DNA of 63,556 bases, the filler included, from Squatina squatina (taxonomy: Eukaryota): the NCBI GenBank assembly GCA_031763465.1. It is 4 parts of 4 records of this genome, joined end to end, with 100 filler letters (N's around TTAATTAATTAA, not from the genome) between each part and the next. Parts side by side here need not be neighbours in the genome. Positions count along the whole stretch, not along the records: positions 51,514 to 63,556 come from JARFOE010000016.1; 3 more parts are not named here. One strand, 5' to 3'. The position numbers were made by a program, and so were the translations under genes. Shown here piece by piece: positions 62,880 through 63,556 of this stretch. The notes under the pieces were generated by a model. It was not told where the DNA came from. It did no database searches and saw only the letters and a list, made by a program, of their open reading frames with translations. The number at the start of each line of letters is the position of its first letter. Positions within the stretch are counted from its first letter, which is position 1.

Positions 62880-63556
62880 CAGTCTTAAAGCTACAAAGAG
62901 CAATGACGTGAAACAACAGTTAGAGTAAATAGGGTGTTGAGGTGCATTCATAGGACAATTGAATATAATATGAGGCATACTATTTTGTCCTTGTACAAGA
63001 ACTTGGTCAGGCCTCAGTTGGAATACAATGCCCAGTTTTGGTTTCCTCACATGATATTGAGGCTTTGGAAAGGGTGCAGAGGAGGGCCACTAATTCCCAG
63101 TTTAAAGCACCTTAGTTATCAAGATAGGCTCAAGGAGCTGGGATTCTATACTGAAGAGAAGTGTAGACTTAGAGGTTATCTGATCGAGCTTTCTAAAATG
63201 ATGAATGGAATAGATTGTGTTTAAGTTGACAGTTCGTTCCAATTAAATAGATTAAAGAGGACCAGGGGTCACAGTTTTAAGTTGTATAAGGACAGATCTA
63301 GGTTAGATCTTGCAGACTGCAGCAGTTACGTGGCAAATGAACTTTTAACAAAAATAAATGTGAGGTAATACACTTTGGTAGGAAAAATAGAAACAGCATC
63401 AACACCTCAGAAAATAAGAAACTGAATGGAGTAGAAGAGCCAAGAGGTCTACGGTTACAGGCAAGCATATCATTAAAAGCAGCATCGAAGGTCAGCAAAG
63501 CAATTAAAAATGCAAACAAAGCACTGGGATTTATTTCTAAGGGTGTAGAATTCAAA
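62880..63556 (+). mobile_element. Two adjacent old CR1 fragments in a RAF1 intron
   Basis: LYKNLVRPQLEYNAQFW..RLRGYLIE; then WQM..KCEVIHFGRKN..ANKALGFISKGVEF. Confidence 0.8.

Overview
Eukaryotic, repeat-rich vertebrate DNA from a fragmented draft assembly; the repeat complement (CR1 and L2 LINEs, SacSINE1/AmnSINE1-type DeuSINEs, Harbinger relics) points to a cartilaginous fish (shark-like). The window is not one locus: three artificial N44-TTAATTAATTAA-N44 linkers (21658-21757, 37133-37232, 51414-51513) join four separate scaffolds, each with further N gaps of unreliable size. Scaffold 4 (51514-63556) holds the 3' exons of MKRN2 (+) tail-to-tail with the 3' exons of RAF1 (-), a known conserved pair. 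Unexpectedly, an intact 171-nt exon of MMAA (MeaB-family GTPase) with canonical splice sites sits inside the last MKRN2 intron; if included in MKRN2 mRNA it would act as a poison exon. Scaffold 2 has a cluster of candidate minus-strand micro/short exons of an unidentified gene and two identical 16-bp X-box palindromes. Scaffolds 1 and 3 are mostly non-coding or repeats: Harbinger relics, a 5'-inverted CR1 and a 1.5-kb 20-mer minisatellite. No prokaryotic features (CRISPR, operons, rRNA or tRNA genes) are supported, and most supplied ORFs are spurious. Gene names and comparisons to human come from recalled sequences, not database searches; repeat boundaries are approximate.
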